DNA from: Deinococcus sp. | GTDB lineage: Bacteria; Deinococcota; Deinococci; Deinococcales; Deinococcaceae | Direction of reading: 5' to 3' | Assembly: GCA_965261005.1 (NCBI GenBank) | Contig: OZ253375.1 | Coordinates: 832,001 to 896,000, forward strand | Length of the DNA: 64,000 nt | In this document: piece after piece, positions 43,998-56,039 of the stretch | Numbering within the stretch: position 1 is the first letter of the stretch | Layout: each line of letters begins with the position of its first letter | Notes under the pieces: generated by a model | The model's database searches: none | What the model was told of the DNA's origin: nothing | Seen by the model: only the letters and a program-made list of their open reading frames with translations | Position numbers and translations under genes: made by a program

Positions 43998-44471
43998 TTA
44001 GGCCACGCGCTGCTGGTTGTCCACCACGGCTTCCTTGAGGCGGAAGATCACCAGGGAGCCGACAAAGGTGCAGGACACCAAGCCGTGCGCGTTCAGCAGC
44101 GACAAGGCGGCCATGATCTCCTCGCGGGTCAGGCGCAGCTGCTCGCTCATGTGCAGGGCGCTGTCGGCCCGGCCGCGCAGGTAGTCCTGAATGGTCTCGG
44201 CGGTGGGAGTCAGCGGCGTCGCGGGCACGTCGGCGAGGCCGGGGTCGGCCAGGCCGTAGACGGCGCGGGTCCCGGTGCCGGGCAGGCGGCGCACGCGGCC
44301 CTGGTCGAGCAGCGAGGCCAGCGCGGCGCGCAGGTGGCTGAGGGCCAGACCGGTGTGGCGGGCGAGTTCGGTCTCGACCCACTCAGGCTTGCTGTCGAGG
44401 GCGGCCAGCACCAGCTTCTCGTTGGCGCGGCGGGTCTGCTGCAAATCGTCAATGGTGGGGGGGTTGAACAT
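43998..44471 (-). CDS. Double winged-helix DNA-binding protein
   Basis: Start ATG 44471 with AGGAG RBS; two wHTH-like units (ETELARHTGL...LLDQGRV; MSEQLRL...LNAHGLV). Confidence 0.7.
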   Translation of the reverse strand: MFNPPTIDDLQQTRRANEKLVLAALDSKPEWVETELARHTGLALSHLRAALASLLDQGRVRRLPGTGTRAVYGLADPGLADVPATPLTPTAETIQDYLRGRADSALHMSEQLRLTREEIMAALSLLNAHGLVSCTFVGSLVIFRLKEAVVDNQQRVA

Positions 44472-44602
44472 GTGTTCTCCTCTGGCACAAAAACCCCGGC
44501 CATCGCCGGGGAGAGAGCGAACTGTAGTTCGTGCGCGGTAGCGCAACCTTTGTATATTGCCACAAAAAGGGCTGAATTTGGGTAACAATCGTCACGTTTT
44601 GG

Positions 44603-45523
44603 TCAGCTCTGGGACGAATTCTCGGGCAGCCAGGCGGCGCGCTCGTCGTGCGCGAACTGCCAAAAGGTGGTGGCCGGGCGCCCCAGCAGGCGGCGGGTAT
44701 CGGGCGTGACCTCGGCGGCGAGGCCCAGCTTGGCGGTGGTATAGATGGCGACCATGATCAGCACGTAGGCCACATTCGCGCCGCGCTCACGCCAAGCTGT
44801 GTAAAAAGCCCAGATCGAGGGATCGCTGTAGGTGATCCGCTCGTTCAGGATCAGCGAGAGTTTCAGCGCGACCTCGTCGTAGGTCAGGGCCTCGTCTCCC
44901 GTCAGGGGATAGGCCACGTCGCGGTGGCCCTCAAGCATGGCGAGCGCGGCGACGACGGCGATGTCGCGCGCGTCAATCAAGCTGGTGCGGCCGTGGCCGG
45001 CGGGCACGAACACGTCGTGGCGCTCCCGGATGTCCTCGGCGTGGGTGGTGCTGAGGTTCTGCATAAAAAAGCTCGGCCGCAAAAAGACCCAGGTCAGGCC
45101 CGAGGCCAGCAGCAGCTTCTCGATGGCGCGGTGGGGAAGAAGCGGGTTGCGCTCGGCGCCCATCAGTGAGAGAAACACCACCTGCTCCACCCCGGCCGCC
45201 TTCATGGCGTCAATGGCCGGCCCGAGGTCGCGCCTCGCGTTGGCGAGGTCAGGCGGGCGCATCAAGAAGACACTTTTTACCCCTTCAAAGGCGGAAAAGG
45301 TGCTGGCGTCGTGAAAGTCGAAGCGAACCGCCTCGGCGCCGGGTGGCAGCTGGGCCTTGTCCGGCGAGCGCACCGCCGCGCGCACCGGCACGCGGGCGGC
45401 GGACAGCAGCCTCAGCACCTCGCCGCCCACCGTGCCCGTCGCGCCCGTGACCAGCATCTGACGGCTGCGGACGTTCACCGTGTTTTCGGCCGCTCGTCGA
45501 GGATTGCTCACAGGGGTATCCAC
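44603..45523 (-). CDS. NmrA/SDR-like NAD(P)-binding oxidoreductase (start uncertain)
   Basis: LVTGATGTVG, LRPSFFMQN, IDARDIA, LTG. Confidence 0.85.
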   Translation of the reverse strand: MDTPVSNPRRAAENTVNVRSRQMLVTGATGTVGGEVLRLLSAARVPVRAAVRSPDKAQLPPGAEAVRFDFHDASTFSAFEGVKSVFLMRPPDLANARRDLGPAIDAMKAAGVEQVVFLSLMGAERNPLLPHRAIEKLLLASGLTWVFLRPSFFMQNLSTTHAEDIRERHDVFVPAGHGRTSLIDARDIAVVAALAMLEGHRDVAYPLTGDEALTYDEVALKLSLILNERITYSDPSIWAFYTAWRERGANVAYVLIMVAIYTTAKLGLAAEVTPDTRRLLGRPATTFWQFAHDERAAWLPENSSQS

Positions 45524-45540
45524 CTTTCAAAACAATCAGA

Positions 45541-47015
45541 GTAACTGCTCAGCCGGAAAGCAGCAGGGGCTGTAAAGCGGGAAGGAAGAGGGCAAGCAAG
45601 CTGAGGAAAACAGCGTGACCTTGTTTGCGCAGCGTCGAGACGAAGGAGCGAATGCGGGCGAAGTGTGAGGCCCCCTTGCCTCGGAAGCTGCCGGAGACCT
45701 TTTGGCGCAGCTTGACCATGCGCAAGTCCCGCTCGGCCAAGTTGTTGGTGAAGGGCACCCGGAAGTCATGAGTGAAGCGCAGCACCGCGTCCTGGTGTTT
45801 GTGAAGCCGGTCGAGCAGATTCTTGCCCCGACGCTGCCGCTGCTTGCCACGCTGTCTTTTGGGCAGGGTGGGCAAGGTGGCGTGGTGCTTGAAGCCTGCG
45901 GCGAGGGCGCTTTGGTAACGCTGCTGCACTTCATGCCGCTGGGCTGGGGACAACTGGTCGTTCCCCTGCACCTTGGCGTCTTCGACGTGTTGCCTGGCAC
46001 GATGCAACACCGTCTGCATCTCTGCCGCCCAGTCTTCGTGCTCGAACTCGACCAGTGCGCGCAACTCCCGCAGCAAATGGGCAGCGCACAACGCGTGCTT
46101 GATGTCCAGACTGAAGTACATCCCGTAAGCGTCGTGCAGCACGGTGCCCTGGAAGTCATTCAGCACGCCTGTCTGCACCAGCGCTGCTTTGCCACGTGAA
46201 GCGTGCGCGCTCAGCAGCGTCCAACGGGCGTTGGAGACCACATGCAGCCAAGCGTTTTGACCGTCCTGCCGGTAGCTTGTTTCGTCCGCGTGCAGAACGC
46301 CTGAGCGCTGCAATGCCTGCTGGGCGTGTTGCTCGAAGTCGTTCAGCTGCTGATAGGCACGTTCACTAGCACTGAGCACCGTCGCTTCACACAGCTCCAC
46401 TCCGAACAACTCGTGCATGGCCTCGCACGTGCGTGCCAGACTCAAATACTGCGTCTGGTGTAGATACAAGGCCAGGGTCAACACGTGCGGCCCGTATTGC
46501 ACTCGGCTTGGTGTGGCTGCTGGAAAAGCAGCTTGCTCCCGTCGTCCACACTCAGGGCAGCACTTCACCTCCACCTGGTGCTCAGTGACGAAGAGCTTCA
46601 CCTCGGGCAAGTCGAACACCTGGCGTCCCACCGACGCGCTCGCTTCGATGCTGTCCCAACTTGCCCCACAAGGACACTGCCCCAACAGCGGGTGGACGAT
46701 CACTTCATCGGGATGCTCCACCATCTTCAGCGTCTTACCTTGACGCCCGCGTTGCCCACCACTCGCCTTGTCAAGCTTGCGCTCAGGACTGGGGTAGCGG
46801 GGTGGCTTGGGAAAGTCGCTCGAAGGCGGCTTGCTCGATAAGCTGCTGCTCAGCTTCAGCTGCCGTTCCAATTCGGCGATGCGCTCCAGTGCCAACAGCA
46901 GTTGGCGTTTCAGCTCGACGTTCTCGGCCAGCACTTCGTTGTACTTCGCTGCGCCGTTCATGCGCTCACCTTACCCCATCATTCCTTCCCTCCCCTTCTT
47001 CGCCTGAGCAGTTAC
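45541..47015 (-). mobile_element. IS66-family insertion sequence, single-ORF (ISBst12-group-like), 1475 bp
   Basis: 12-bp perfect TIR GTAACTGCTCAG (45541-45552 / 47004-47015); 8-bp TSD CAATCAGA (45533-45540 and 47016-47023). Confidence 0.93.
45549..46961 (-). CDS. IS66 family DDE transposase
   Basis: SSKPPSSD, zinc-ribbon cysteines, HADET, HD, LCAAHLLREL, FTNNLAERDLR, KVSGSFR. Confidence 0.95.
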   Translation of the reverse strand: MNGAAKYNEVLAENVELKRQLLLALERIAELERQLKLSSSLSSKPPSSDFPKPPRYPSPERKLDKASGGQRGRQGKTLKMVEHPDEVIVHPLLGQCPCGASWDSIEASASVGRQVFDLPEVKLFVTEHQVEVKCCPECGRREQAAFPAATPSRVQYGPHVLTLALYLHQTQYLSLARTCEAMHELFGVELCEATVLSASERAYQQLNDFEQHAQQALQRSGVLHADETSYRQDGQNAWLHVVSNARWTLLSAHASRGKAALVQTGVLNDFQGTVLHDAYGMYFSLDIKHALCAAHLLRELRALVEFEHEDWAAEMQTVLHRARQHVEDAKVQGNDQLSPAQRHEVQQRYQSALAAGFKHHATLPTLPKRQRGKQRQRRGKNLLDRLHKHQDAVLRFTHDFRVPFTNNLAERDLRMVKLRQKVSGSFRGKGASHFARIRSFVSTLRKQGHAVFLSLLALFLPALQPLLLSG

Positions 47016-47034
47016 CAATCAGAAGTCAAAACAA

Positions 47035-47826
47035 TCAGAAGTTGGTGCGGTTGGCCCGCTCATGGTCGAGCCGCACGGCGATTTCGAGCAGCAGCCGCTC
47101 GGTGGCGCGGTGAACGGTGTGCGGCAGGTCGTTCAGCTGGGTCACCGTCCACGCCTCGAAGGTGAAGTCCACGTCGGGCAAATCGCGCGCGGCGTCCACC
47201 GCGCTGAGCAGGGCAGCCTCGCCGTAGAGGCCCAAATATTCGGCGTGCACGATGTCGCCCTCGCGCAAAAAGAAGTCGGCGTCCAGCTCACCGAGGTGCA
47301 AGCTCAGCTGACCGCTTTTGTGGGTCTGTTGCAGCGAGCCGAGCAGCTCGAACAGGCCAAAGGCCGCCAGCGAGCCGCGCATCTGTGCACCTCGCATCTG
47401 GGCGCCGCGTATTTGAGGACCGTGCGATTGGGGGTTGGCCGTCCGGCCCGGGTCGTTTTCGGGGGCGCCCCCTAGCTTGGCGCCGGCCAGCGGGGCCAAG
47501 CGGCGCCACAGCTCGGTTGGCGACAAGGCCGCGTCAAAGACCACGTCACGCGGCGAGGTGTCAAAGGGCGCCTTGCCGCCGGGCAGCAGCAGCACAAAGG
47601 TCACGTCCGCGAGGGTGGGGTCGGCGCGCAGCTGCCGGTGAAAGTCGGCCCCGCTGACGTCTTCCAGCTGCTCGCCGCACACGATCACGTCGGGACGCCA
47701 CGCCTCCAGACGGCGCTGGGCGAACAGGGCGTTGCGCGCACGCTCGACGGCCACGCCGGCGTCGTGCGCCGCCAGCTCCAGGGCCAGCAGGCGCGGCTCG
47801 TGCAGGTAGACGAGCAGCAAGCTCAC
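47035..47826 (-). CDS. Receiver-like domain + DUF4388 protein
   Basis: PDVIVC..VSGADF...LRADP receiver-like; MRGSLAAFGLFELL...KSGQL...LREGDIVHA DUF4388-like. Confidence 0.7.
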   Translation of the reverse strand: MSLLLVYLHEPRLLALELAAHDAGVAVERARNALFAQRRLEAWRPDVIVCGEQLEDVSGADFHRQLRADPTLADVTFVLLLPGGKAPFDTSPRDVVFDAALSPTELWRRLAPLAGAKLGGAPENDPGRTANPQSHGPQIRGAQMRGAQMRGSLAAFGLFELLGSLQQTHKSGQLSLHLGELDADFFLREGDIVHAEYLGLYGEAALLSAVDAARDLPDVDFTFEAWTVTQLNDLPHTVHRATERLLLEIAVRLDHERANRTNF

Positions 47827-47916
47827 GGTAGGGGGAACTGGGTCATGGCGCTAAAAGTCAATGTAACACCCGGGTCTCCCAACTCAGCGCCTCTCCACTC
47901 GGCGCACCCGATCTGG

Positions 47917-48369
47917 TCAGCGCGCCTGATCTGGCACCACCAAACGCCGCACCGCCTTGGGCGCGCCGAACAGGCCGGTCAGGTTCTGCACGAACAGCGA
48001 GTTATACACCGCGTAGTACACCGGGGCCGGCAGACGGTCGGACGGATAGAGGCCCAGCTTGATCGGAAAGCCGAGGGCCAGCGTCGCCACGACGACCAGG
48101 CCCAGCGCGCCGCCGCCCAGACCGCCGACCCAGAGGTGCCATACCTGCGGCGGCAACCGCCGCAGGGCGCGCGCCGCCGCCCAAGCCGCCGCGAAGCCCA
48201 GCACGAGGCCAAGGGCGGTGGCGACGGCCGGCTGCGGCGCCACGTTGCACAGCCACAAGGCGAGCGCCACAAAGACGGCCCACAAGCCGCCCGCCAAACC
48301 GCGCCGCAGGGCGACCACCGTCACGGCCGCCCACACCGTTACCAAGATCGCGTCGAACCAAGTGATCAT
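47917..48369 (-). CDS. Membrane protein, CvpA-like
   Basis: WFDAILV...LRRGL, four TMs, GGLGGGALG. Confidence 0.55.
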   Translation of the reverse strand: MITWFDAILVTVWAAVTVVALRRGLAGGLWAVFVALALWLCNVAPQPAVATALGLVLGFAAAWAAARALRRLPPQVWHLWVGGLGGGALGLVVVATLALGFPIKLGLYPSDRLPAPVYYAVYNSLFVQNLTGLFGAPKAVRRLVVPDQAR

Positions 48370-48479
48370 ACGAGCTTCAATATAAGCTCATTCGGACGGC
48401 AGGGGCGCGGACTTTGTGACCGAAGACCGAATGTCGCGCGGGAACCGTGAGCGCGGCGGCGGCGCGCTAGACTTCCCCT

Positions 48480-49124
48480 ATGATTCGCGTGCTGCTGGCC
48501 GACGACCACGCCCTGTTTCGCCAGGGGCTGCGCAGCTTGCTCGAAAGCGAGGGGCTGCGCGTGATCGGCGAGGCGGAAAACGGGCGCGAGGCGGTGCGCT
48601 TCGCGGCCGAGACGCACCCAGACGTGATCTTGATGGACATTCAGATGCCCGAACTCGACGGCGTCAAGGCAACCCAGAGCATTCTGGAAATTGACCCCGG
48701 CGCCAAGGTCATTATGATCACCATGTACCGCCAAGACCGCTACGTGTTCGAGGCGGTCAAGGCCGGGGCGCGCGGCTACATTCTCAAGGACGCCGACGCC
48801 AGCGCGCTGCTCGACGCGATTCGGCGGGTGGCTTCCGGCGAAGCGCTCCTCAACGCCGACCTCGCCCAAAAGGTGCTGGACGACTTCCGCGACAAGCGCG
48901 CCATTTTGCCCAGCGAGAAGCACAGCGACCTCAACGAGCGCGAGACCACCATCCTGAAGCTGCTGGCGCAGGGCCACAGCAACCAGGACATCGCCCTCAG
49001 GCTCGACATCTCCGAAAAGACCGTGCGCAACCGCCTCTCCGAAATCTTCGCCAAGCTCCAACTGAACAACCGCACCCAGGCCGCCCTGTACGCCATTCGC
49101 GAGGGCATCGCCAACCTGGAGTGA
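48480..49124 (+). CDS. NarL/LuxR family response regulator
   Basis: [20 protein letters not shown]-terminal [17 protein letters not shown]. Confidence 0.95.
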   Translation: MIRVLLADDHALFRQGLRSLLESEGLRVIGEAENGREAVRFAAETHPDVILMDIQMPELDGVKATQSILEIDPGAKVIMITMYRQDRYVFEAVKAGARGYILKDADASALLDAIRRVASGEALLNADLAQKVLDDFRDKRAILPSEKHSDLNERETTILKLLAQGHSNQDIALRLDISEKTVRNRLSEIFAKLQLNNRTQAALYAIREGIANLE

Positions 49125-49142
49125 GGCGCTAAGCTCGGGCGG

Positions 49143-49982
49143 ATGTCTGATCTCGAAGCTCTGTTGGAAACCCATCCCGGCCAGGTTTCCGTGCTGGTGC
49201 GCGACTTTTCGGGCGGGATGCTGTACGAGCGCCAAGCGGACCAGGTCTTTCCCTCCGCCTCGCTGATCAAGCTGCCCCTCTTGCTGCGCGCCTTGCAAAG
49301 GGTGGAACAGGGCGACCTCGACCTGGAGGGGCGGCTGACCATGCGCGCCGGGGACCGGGTGGGCGGTTCGGGCGTACTGCACGAGCTGGACGCGGGCCTA
49401 AACCTCACCCTGCGCGACCTCTTGACGCTGATGATCGTGGTGAGCGATAACACCGCCACCAACTTGGTAATCGGGCGCTTGGGCCTGGACGACGTGAACG
49501 CCTTTTTGCGCGGGGAGGGCTTGACCGACACCGAGCTGGTCGGCTTACTCCAGCTGCCGGAGGAGCGCCAGAGTGCCCGCCAACGGGCCGGCGAGCGCAA
49601 CCGCACCAGCGCCCGCGACATGGCCGAGTTGCTGCTGCGCTTGGTGAACGGCCGCCTGCTCTCCCCCGCCCTGACCGACCTGGCGCTGGGCATCCTGACC
49701 CGCCAGCAATTGCGCGACATCGTGGGGCGCGACGTACCCAGGGGCGCGGACGGCGAGCTGCTGTACCGCGTCGCCAGCAAGAGCGGCGAGCTGAACGGCG
49801 TTCACCACGACGTCGGTCTGGTATGGACGCCGCGACCGCTGATCGTGGCGGTGTTGAGCGCGGGCGGCCACGACCCACGCGAACACCCCGACAACCGCGA
49901 CCTCGCGCTGCTGGCGCGCTTTGCCGGCACCTTAATTGCGCGTTGCGGGGACATTCTTCCTGGAGCGGGCGCCCTACAGTAA
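49143..49982 (+). CDS. Serine hydrolase, class A beta-lactamase-like fold
   Basis: SLIK (SxxK), SDN, KSG, HDVG; no signal peptide. Confidence 0.8.
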   Translation: MSDLEALLETHPGQVSVLVRDFSGGMLYERQADQVFPSASLIKLPLLLRALQRVEQGDLDLEGRLTMRAGDRVGGSGVLHELDAGLNLTLRDLLTLMIVVSDNTATNLVIGRLGLDDVNAFLRGEGLTDTELVGLLQLPEERQSARQRAGERNRTSARDMAELLLRLVNGRLLSPALTDLALGILTRQQLRDIVGRDVPRGADGELLYRVASKSGELNGVHHDVGLVWTPRPLIVAVLSAGGHDPREHPDNRDLALLARFAGTLIARCGDILPGAGALQ

Positions 49983-50091
49983 GCGGCATAGGCAACACGT
50001 CTCTGAACGCTCTGGGAGGCGTGCTGGGCGCGTGCTATGCTTTCACCGCTTTCAGGCGAGCGCGAATTCGACTTCTTTTCGGGAGAGTGAC

Positions 50092-50955
50092 ATGGAACGA
50101 AACGACGCTGTGATGCCCATGGTCGCCATCGTGGTCGCGGCGGTGATGTGGGTGGTCCTGCTGTTCACCTTCAACCTGGACACCCAGGTGCCCAAGGTGG
50201 AGATTGACTCGGCCCTCCAAGCCTCGGCCGCCAAGGAATGGCCGGTGCTGGGCAAGGCGGTCTACACCCAGGCGGTGCCCTCTTGCGAAGGCTGCCACGG
50301 CGCCACTGGCGGCGGTGGTGTCGGCCCCGCCCTCAAGGGAGACAGCAAGATTCTGACCGACCCCGGCATCATCATTAACAACGTGCAAAAGGGCAAGGGC
50401 ATCATGCCGGCTTACCCTCAGCTCTCCAACGCGCAGGTGCTGGCGGCCGCCAACTATGTGCGCAACAGCTGGGGCAATCAGGCTGAGATTCTGGGGCCGG
50501 AGGTGTTGCAGGCCGCCGTGGTCAACCTCGACCCCAATGTTCTCAAGGTGCGCTCACGCTTCGTGCCCGAGGACATCAAGCTGCCGCAGATCTTCCTGGG
50601 CACCTTCGTAATGCTGCTGCTCACCTACGGCGTGATCGGGCTGTACTCGGTGTGGGCCGAGGGCGTGGAGCTTAAGCCCGGCATTCACAAGGTGCGCTCC
50701 GGGCCGACGGCGGTGTTGGCCATGATCCTGGTGCTGTCGAGCGCCATCTTCTTCTCGGTGATGTTCGGGCGCCAGATTGTTCTGGAGCTGATCGGGCAGG
50801 GCGCCAACCCGCCCGTGAACCCCACCGTAACCCACGAAGGCTTTTACTCGGCCATGATCTTCCTGAGCTTGGCCGCCGCGCTGGGCCTTTACAAAAAGTA
50901 CTTCATGGACTCCGAGGCCCTGATCGAGGACGCCAGCGGCGAGTTCCCGTGGTAA
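50092..50955 (+). CDS. Membrane-anchored c-type cytochrome of the bc complex (QcrC-like)
   Basis: TM, CEGCH, GPAL, MPAY, NYVRNSWGN, C-terminal TMs; upstream of the Rieske and cytochrome b genes. Confidence 0.8.
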   Translation: MERNDAVMPMVAIVVAAVMWVVLLFTFNLDTQVPKVEIDSALQASAAKEWPVLGKAVYTQAVPSCEGCHGATGGGGVGPALKGDSKILTDPGIIINNVQKGKGIMPAYPQLSNAQVLAAANYVRNSWGNQAEILGPEVLQAAVVNLDPNVLKVRSRFVPEDIKLPQIFLGTFVMLLLTYGVIGLYSVWAEGVELKPGIHKVRSGPTAVLAMILVLSSAIFFSVMFGRQIVLELIGQGANPPVNPTVTHEGFYSAMIFLSLAAALGLYKKYFMDSEALIEDASGEFPW

Positions 50956-50977
50956 TGCAAACAATGGAGCGCACCCT

Positions 50978-51609
50978 ATGACCAAGTACCAACCCCTCGA
51001 TCCCGAAATCACCCGCCGCCGCTTCGTGAATGCCGCCCTGGGCGTGACGGCCGGCGTCAGCGGCATCGGCTTCATCACCATTCTCGGCAGCGCCAAGCCG
51101 GTCAACCGCCTGACCCCAGAAAAGCTGCCCCCCGTCACCGGCGACGTGCTGGTGTACGCCGAGGGCGACCAAACCGGCAAGCCGATCAACGCGACCAAGC
51201 TGGAGCCGCAGCCGGTCAAGGCTTGGGCCATGCAGGGCGACCTCGTCAAAAACGGGGAGCCGAACTACCTGCTGGTCGTCAGCAAGTTCCCGGACGGTGT
51301 GCTTCAGCCGCCCACCAACTTGCAACAGACCGCCTCTGGCGTGGTGGTCTACAGTTCGATTTGTACCCATCTGGGCTGCCAGGTGAACTGGAAGAACCTC
51401 AACAAGACCTACCTGTGCCCGTGCCACTCGTCGAACTTCGACCCCAAAAAGGGCTGCGTGGTGATTGGCGGGCCAGCACCCAGACCGCTGCCGCAGCTGC
51501 CGATTAAACTTGACGGGACCAAGCTGGTGGTGGCGGGAGCGTTCGACGAGATTCCTTACGGCGTGGACGAGGCCATCTACAGAACCGCTCTTCAGGAGGC
51601 GCAGAAAGC

Positions 51610-51613
<4 letters not shown>
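50978..51613 (+). CDS. qcrA: Rieske Fe-S subunit of the cytochrome bc complex
   Basis: TRRRF Tat motif; [20 protein letters not shown]. Confidence 0.88.
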
Positions 51614-52920
<1,307 letters not shown>

Positions 52921-52953
52921 GCCGACGACTAAAATACAATCTCAAGGTTGTCT

Positions 52954-52978
52954 GGGCGGGCCTCTGGCCCGCCCTTTT
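52954..52978 (+). terminator. Intrinsic terminator after qcrB
   Basis: GGGCGGGCC-TCT-GGCCCGCCC-TTTT. Confidence 0.75.
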
Positions 52979-53000
52979 GCTGGCCGGCTAGAGTTGAGGA

Positions 53001-54083
53001 ATGCGCGTTGCCGCCCTGTTGCTGTTGGCCCTCCTGCTGAGCGCCTGCCGGACGCTGCCTCCCAGCCCCACCGGCTTTGACCACTACGTCGCGCTGGGCG
53101 ACTCGCTGAGCGCCGGCTTTCAGTCCGGCGGTCTGACGGCAGGGGGCCAGCGTCACTCCTTTCCGGCGGTGCTGGCGACTCTGGCCGGCATCCCCTTCGG
53201 CGTGCCCGAAACGCACGACCCCGGCTGCCCGCCCCCCTACGGCGCGGGGTTGGGGCTGGGCATCTGCTTGCGGACCCATCCCTTCAGGCTGACCGAGAGC
53301 TTCGGCGTGCCCGGCGCCTTGGTGGCCGACCTGCTGCACACCTCGCAGGTGAACGCCGAGGACCTGCTCAAGCCGCTGTACGGCCTGATCCTGGGGCCAC
53401 GCGAGACTCAGGTCGAGGCCGCCTTGCGGCTGCGCCCGCGCTTTATCACCCTCTGGATCGGCGCCAACGACGTGCTTGGCCCGACCACGCGCGGCAAACC
53501 GGAACAGGCCACGCCGCCAACCGAATTCGAGGCCAGCTACGCCGAGCTGCTGGACGCCCTTGCGGCCAGCGGGGCCAACATCATCCTGATCACGGTGCCG
53601 GACGTGACCGGCATTCCCGGCCTGATTCCGGGCGCGCGCCTGGCCCAGCTGGGCCTCGGTGACGGCAGCTGCGCGGGCAGCCCCAACCGGGTGGCGCTGA
53701 GCACCCTACGCAACTGGCGCGTGGGCAAGCCGGTGTCGTGCGCTGTCCCCTACGCCCTGACGCCGCAAGAGCGCGCGGCGGCCCAAGCAACCGTGAACGC
53801 CTACAACGCCAGCATCCACAAGTTGGCGGCCGAGCGCGGCTACGGTGTCTTCGACGCCGACACCTTTCTGCGCGACGAAATCTTTCCCGCCTACGACCCC
53901 GAATCCAAACATCCCTTCGGCCCGGACTTCTCGCTGGACGGGGTGCATCCCTCCGACACTGGTTATGCCCGCATCGCGCGTGGGCTGGCCGCCTTTTTGA
54001 ACGCGAGGTACGGGACGAGCATTCCAGTTGAAGATACCCCTCACCCCCAGCTCCTCTCCCGCAAGGGGCGGGGGGAGCAATAA
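53001..54083 (+). CDS. SGNH/GDSL hydrolase lipoprotein
   Basis: Lipobox LSAC; GDSL, WIGAND, DGVHP. Confidence 0.88.
   Translation: MRVAALLLLALLLSACRTLPPSPTGFDHYVALGDSLSAGFQSGGLTAGGQRHSFPAVLATLAGIPFGVPETHDPGCPPPYGAGLGLGICLRTHPFRLTESFGVPGALVADLLHTSQVNAEDLLKPLYGLILGPRETQVEAALRLRPRFITLWIGANDVLGPTTRGKPEQATPPTEFEASYAELLDALAASGANIILITVPDVTGIPGLIPGARLAQLGLGDGSCAGSPNRVALSTLRNWRVGKPVSCAVPYALTPQERAAAQATVNAYNASIHKLAAERGYGVFDADTFLRDEIFPAYDPESKHPFGPDFSLDGVHPSDTGYARIARGLAAFLNARYGTSIPVEDTPHPQLLSRKGRGEQ
54036..54078 (+). repeat. C-rich GCAA-loop palindromic repeat (solo copy) inside the 3' end of the SGNH gene
   Basis: ACCCCTCACCCCCAGCTCCTCTCCC-GCAA-GGGGCGGGGGGAGC. Confidence 0.7.
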
Positions 54084-54134
54084 CCTCAGCCCGAAACCAC
54101 GCTTTTCACGCCTGGCAGCTTTAAATTGGAGGCG

Positions 54135-55178
54135 ATGAAGCCAGTTTTCTCCTCGGCCGGCCTGCTCGCGGCGCTGGCCGTTGGCCTTGCCTCCGCCCAA
54201 TCCACTCCCACGATCTCCCGCTACGTCGCCCTGGGGGACTCGCTCACCGCCGGCTACCAATCGGGCGGCTTGCGCGCGGACGGGCAGCGCGCCGCTTACC
54301 CCACCCTGCTGGCAAAGGCGCTGAAGGTCCCCTTCGCCCTGCCCCTGACCCAGGACCCCGGCTGCCCGCCGCCGCTGGGCGCCCGCGCGGCCCCGACCTC
54401 GTGCCAGCGCCTCAATCCCGGCGAGAAGGTGAGCGACTTCGCGGTGCCGGGAGCGCAGGTGGGCGATGTGCGCGCCAGTTCGGCGAAGAGCGTTACGCCC
54501 GGGGCGAGGCCGCTGTACACCCTGATCCTGGGGCCGGACGACACACAGGTGAGCGCCGCTTTAAAGTCGAGGCCCGACCTGATTACCCTCTGGATCGGAA
54601 GCAACAACATCCTGGGGCCGGTGCTGAGCGGCAACCTGAGCGCCGCCACCCCGCCGGCCCAATTTGAGGCCAGCTACGCGCGGCTGCTGGACGCCCTGAA
54701 GCCCAGCGGCGCCCGCGTGGTGCTGCTGACCGTGCCCGACGTGACGCGGGTGCCGGCCCTGATTCCCGGCGCGCGACTGGCCGAATTGGGTCTGGGCGAC
54801 GCCAGCTGCGCGGGCAGCCAGGCCAAGGTGTCGGCGGCAACGTTGCTGCGCGGCGGCCTGACGGCCACCTTCGCCAACAAGCTCTCGTGCAGTGGCCCCG
54901 GCGTCCTGACCCCGCAGGAGGTGCGGCGCGCCCAGGAGACCGTGAACGCCTACAACACCAGCATTCGCCGGTTGGCGGCCGGGCGCGGGTACGCGGTCTT
55001 CGAGGTGGGCGACTTGCTCACCAATTCGCGGGACGTGTTCACGCTGGACTTCTCCAATCCCTTCGGCCCGGACTTCTCGCTGGACGGCGTTCACCCGTCG
55101 AGCCTCGCCCACGCCAAGCTCGCGGCGGCACTGACGGAGTTTATAAAACGGACCTATAACGTGCAGCCGGCGCCGTAG
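54135..55178 (+). CDS. Secreted SGNH/GDSL hydrolase (tandem paralog)
   Basis: GGAGG RBS; signal peptide ending ASA; GDSL, WIGSNN, DGVHP. Confidence 0.88.
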   Translation: MKPVFSSAGLLAALAVGLASAQSTPTISRYVALGDSLTAGYQSGGLRADGQRAAYPTLLAKALKVPFALPLTQDPGCPPPLGARAAPTSCQRLNPGEKVSDFAVPGAQVGDVRASSAKSVTPGARPLYTLILGPDDTQVSAALKSRPDLITLWIGSNNILGPVLSGNLSAATPPAQFEASYARLLDALKPSGARVVLLTVPDVTRVPALIPGARLAELGLGDASCAGSQAKVSAATLLRGGLTATFANKLSCSGPGVLTPQEVRRAQETVNAYNTSIRRLAAGRGYAVFEVGDLLTNSRDVFTLDFSNPFGPDFSLDGVHPSSLAHAKLAAALTEFIKRTYNVQPAP

Positions 55179-55252
55179 AGCCTGAGTTTGGACACGCCAC
55201 GACGGGCGGCCATTCGCTAGCATGGAGACCAACAAAGGAGCGTGAGAAGCAC

Positions 55253-55984
55253 ATGGCAGGTCACAGCAAGTGGGCACAGATCAAGCGCAAAAAGGGCGCC
55301 AACGACAAGAAGCGTTCGGCCGTCATCAGCAAGCACATTCGCGCCCTGGGGGCGGCGGTGCGCTCGGGCGGCAGCGGCGACCCGTCGGCCAACTTGTCGC
55401 TGAAAAACGCCGTCGCGGCGGCCAAGGCTGACACGGTGCCGGCCGACAACATCGAGAACGCCATCAAGCGCGCCCTCGGCGAGGGCGAGGGCGCCGCCCA
55501 GTACAAGGAAGTGACGTATGAGGGCTACGGCCCCGGCGGCACGGCCATTTTGGTGGAGACGCTGACCGACAACGTCAACCGCACGGTGGGCGACCTCAGG
55601 TCAGTCTTTAACAAGCGCGGCGGCAGCCTCGGGACCAGCGGCTCGGTCGCGTGGCAATTCGACAAAAAGGGCCTGATCGCGCTGGACTCGGGCGGCGAGG
55701 ACGCCCAGGACGCCGCCATCGAACTCGGCGCCGAGGACTTGCAGGAGGGTGAGGACGGGCTGGAGATCGAGACCCAGCCAAGCGACCTCTTCAGCGTCTC
55801 CGAGGGCCTCGCGCAGCGCGGCTTCGCGGTCAGCTCGGCCCAGCTGAGCATGATCCCGGCCAACTTGGTCGAGCTGTCGGGCGCGGACGCCGACAAGCTG
55901 ATGACCCTGCTGGACGCGCTGGAGGAACTGGACGACGTGCAGAACGTGTACACCAACGCCGACCTCAGCGCGGTGGAGGCTTGA
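55253..55984 (+). CDS. yebC: YebC/PmpR family protein
   Basis: [34 protein letters not shown]. Confidence 0.95.
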   Translation: MAGHSKWAQIKRKKGANDKKRSAVISKHIRALGAAVRSGGSGDPSANLSLKNAVAAAKADTVPADNIENAIKRALGEGEGAAQYKEVTYEGYGPGGTAILVETLTDNVNRTVGDLRSVFNKRGGSLGTSGSVAWQFDKKGLIALDSGGEDAQDAAIELGAEDLQEGEDGLEIETQPSDLFSVSEGLAQRGFAVSSAQLSMIPANLVELSGADADKLMTLLDALEELDDVQNVYTNADLSAVEA

Positions 55985-56039
55985 GGGCGCTTGTGACGCA
56001 GCTTCCGTCCCGCCCTTCCCGGGCGTGCCATCTTGGCCC

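Noticed and set aside
49143..49982. Class A beta-lactamase resistance gene
   Set aside because: Has SxxK/SDN/KSG but no signal peptide and no ExxLN omega-loop motif; better called a beta-lactamase-like hydrolase.
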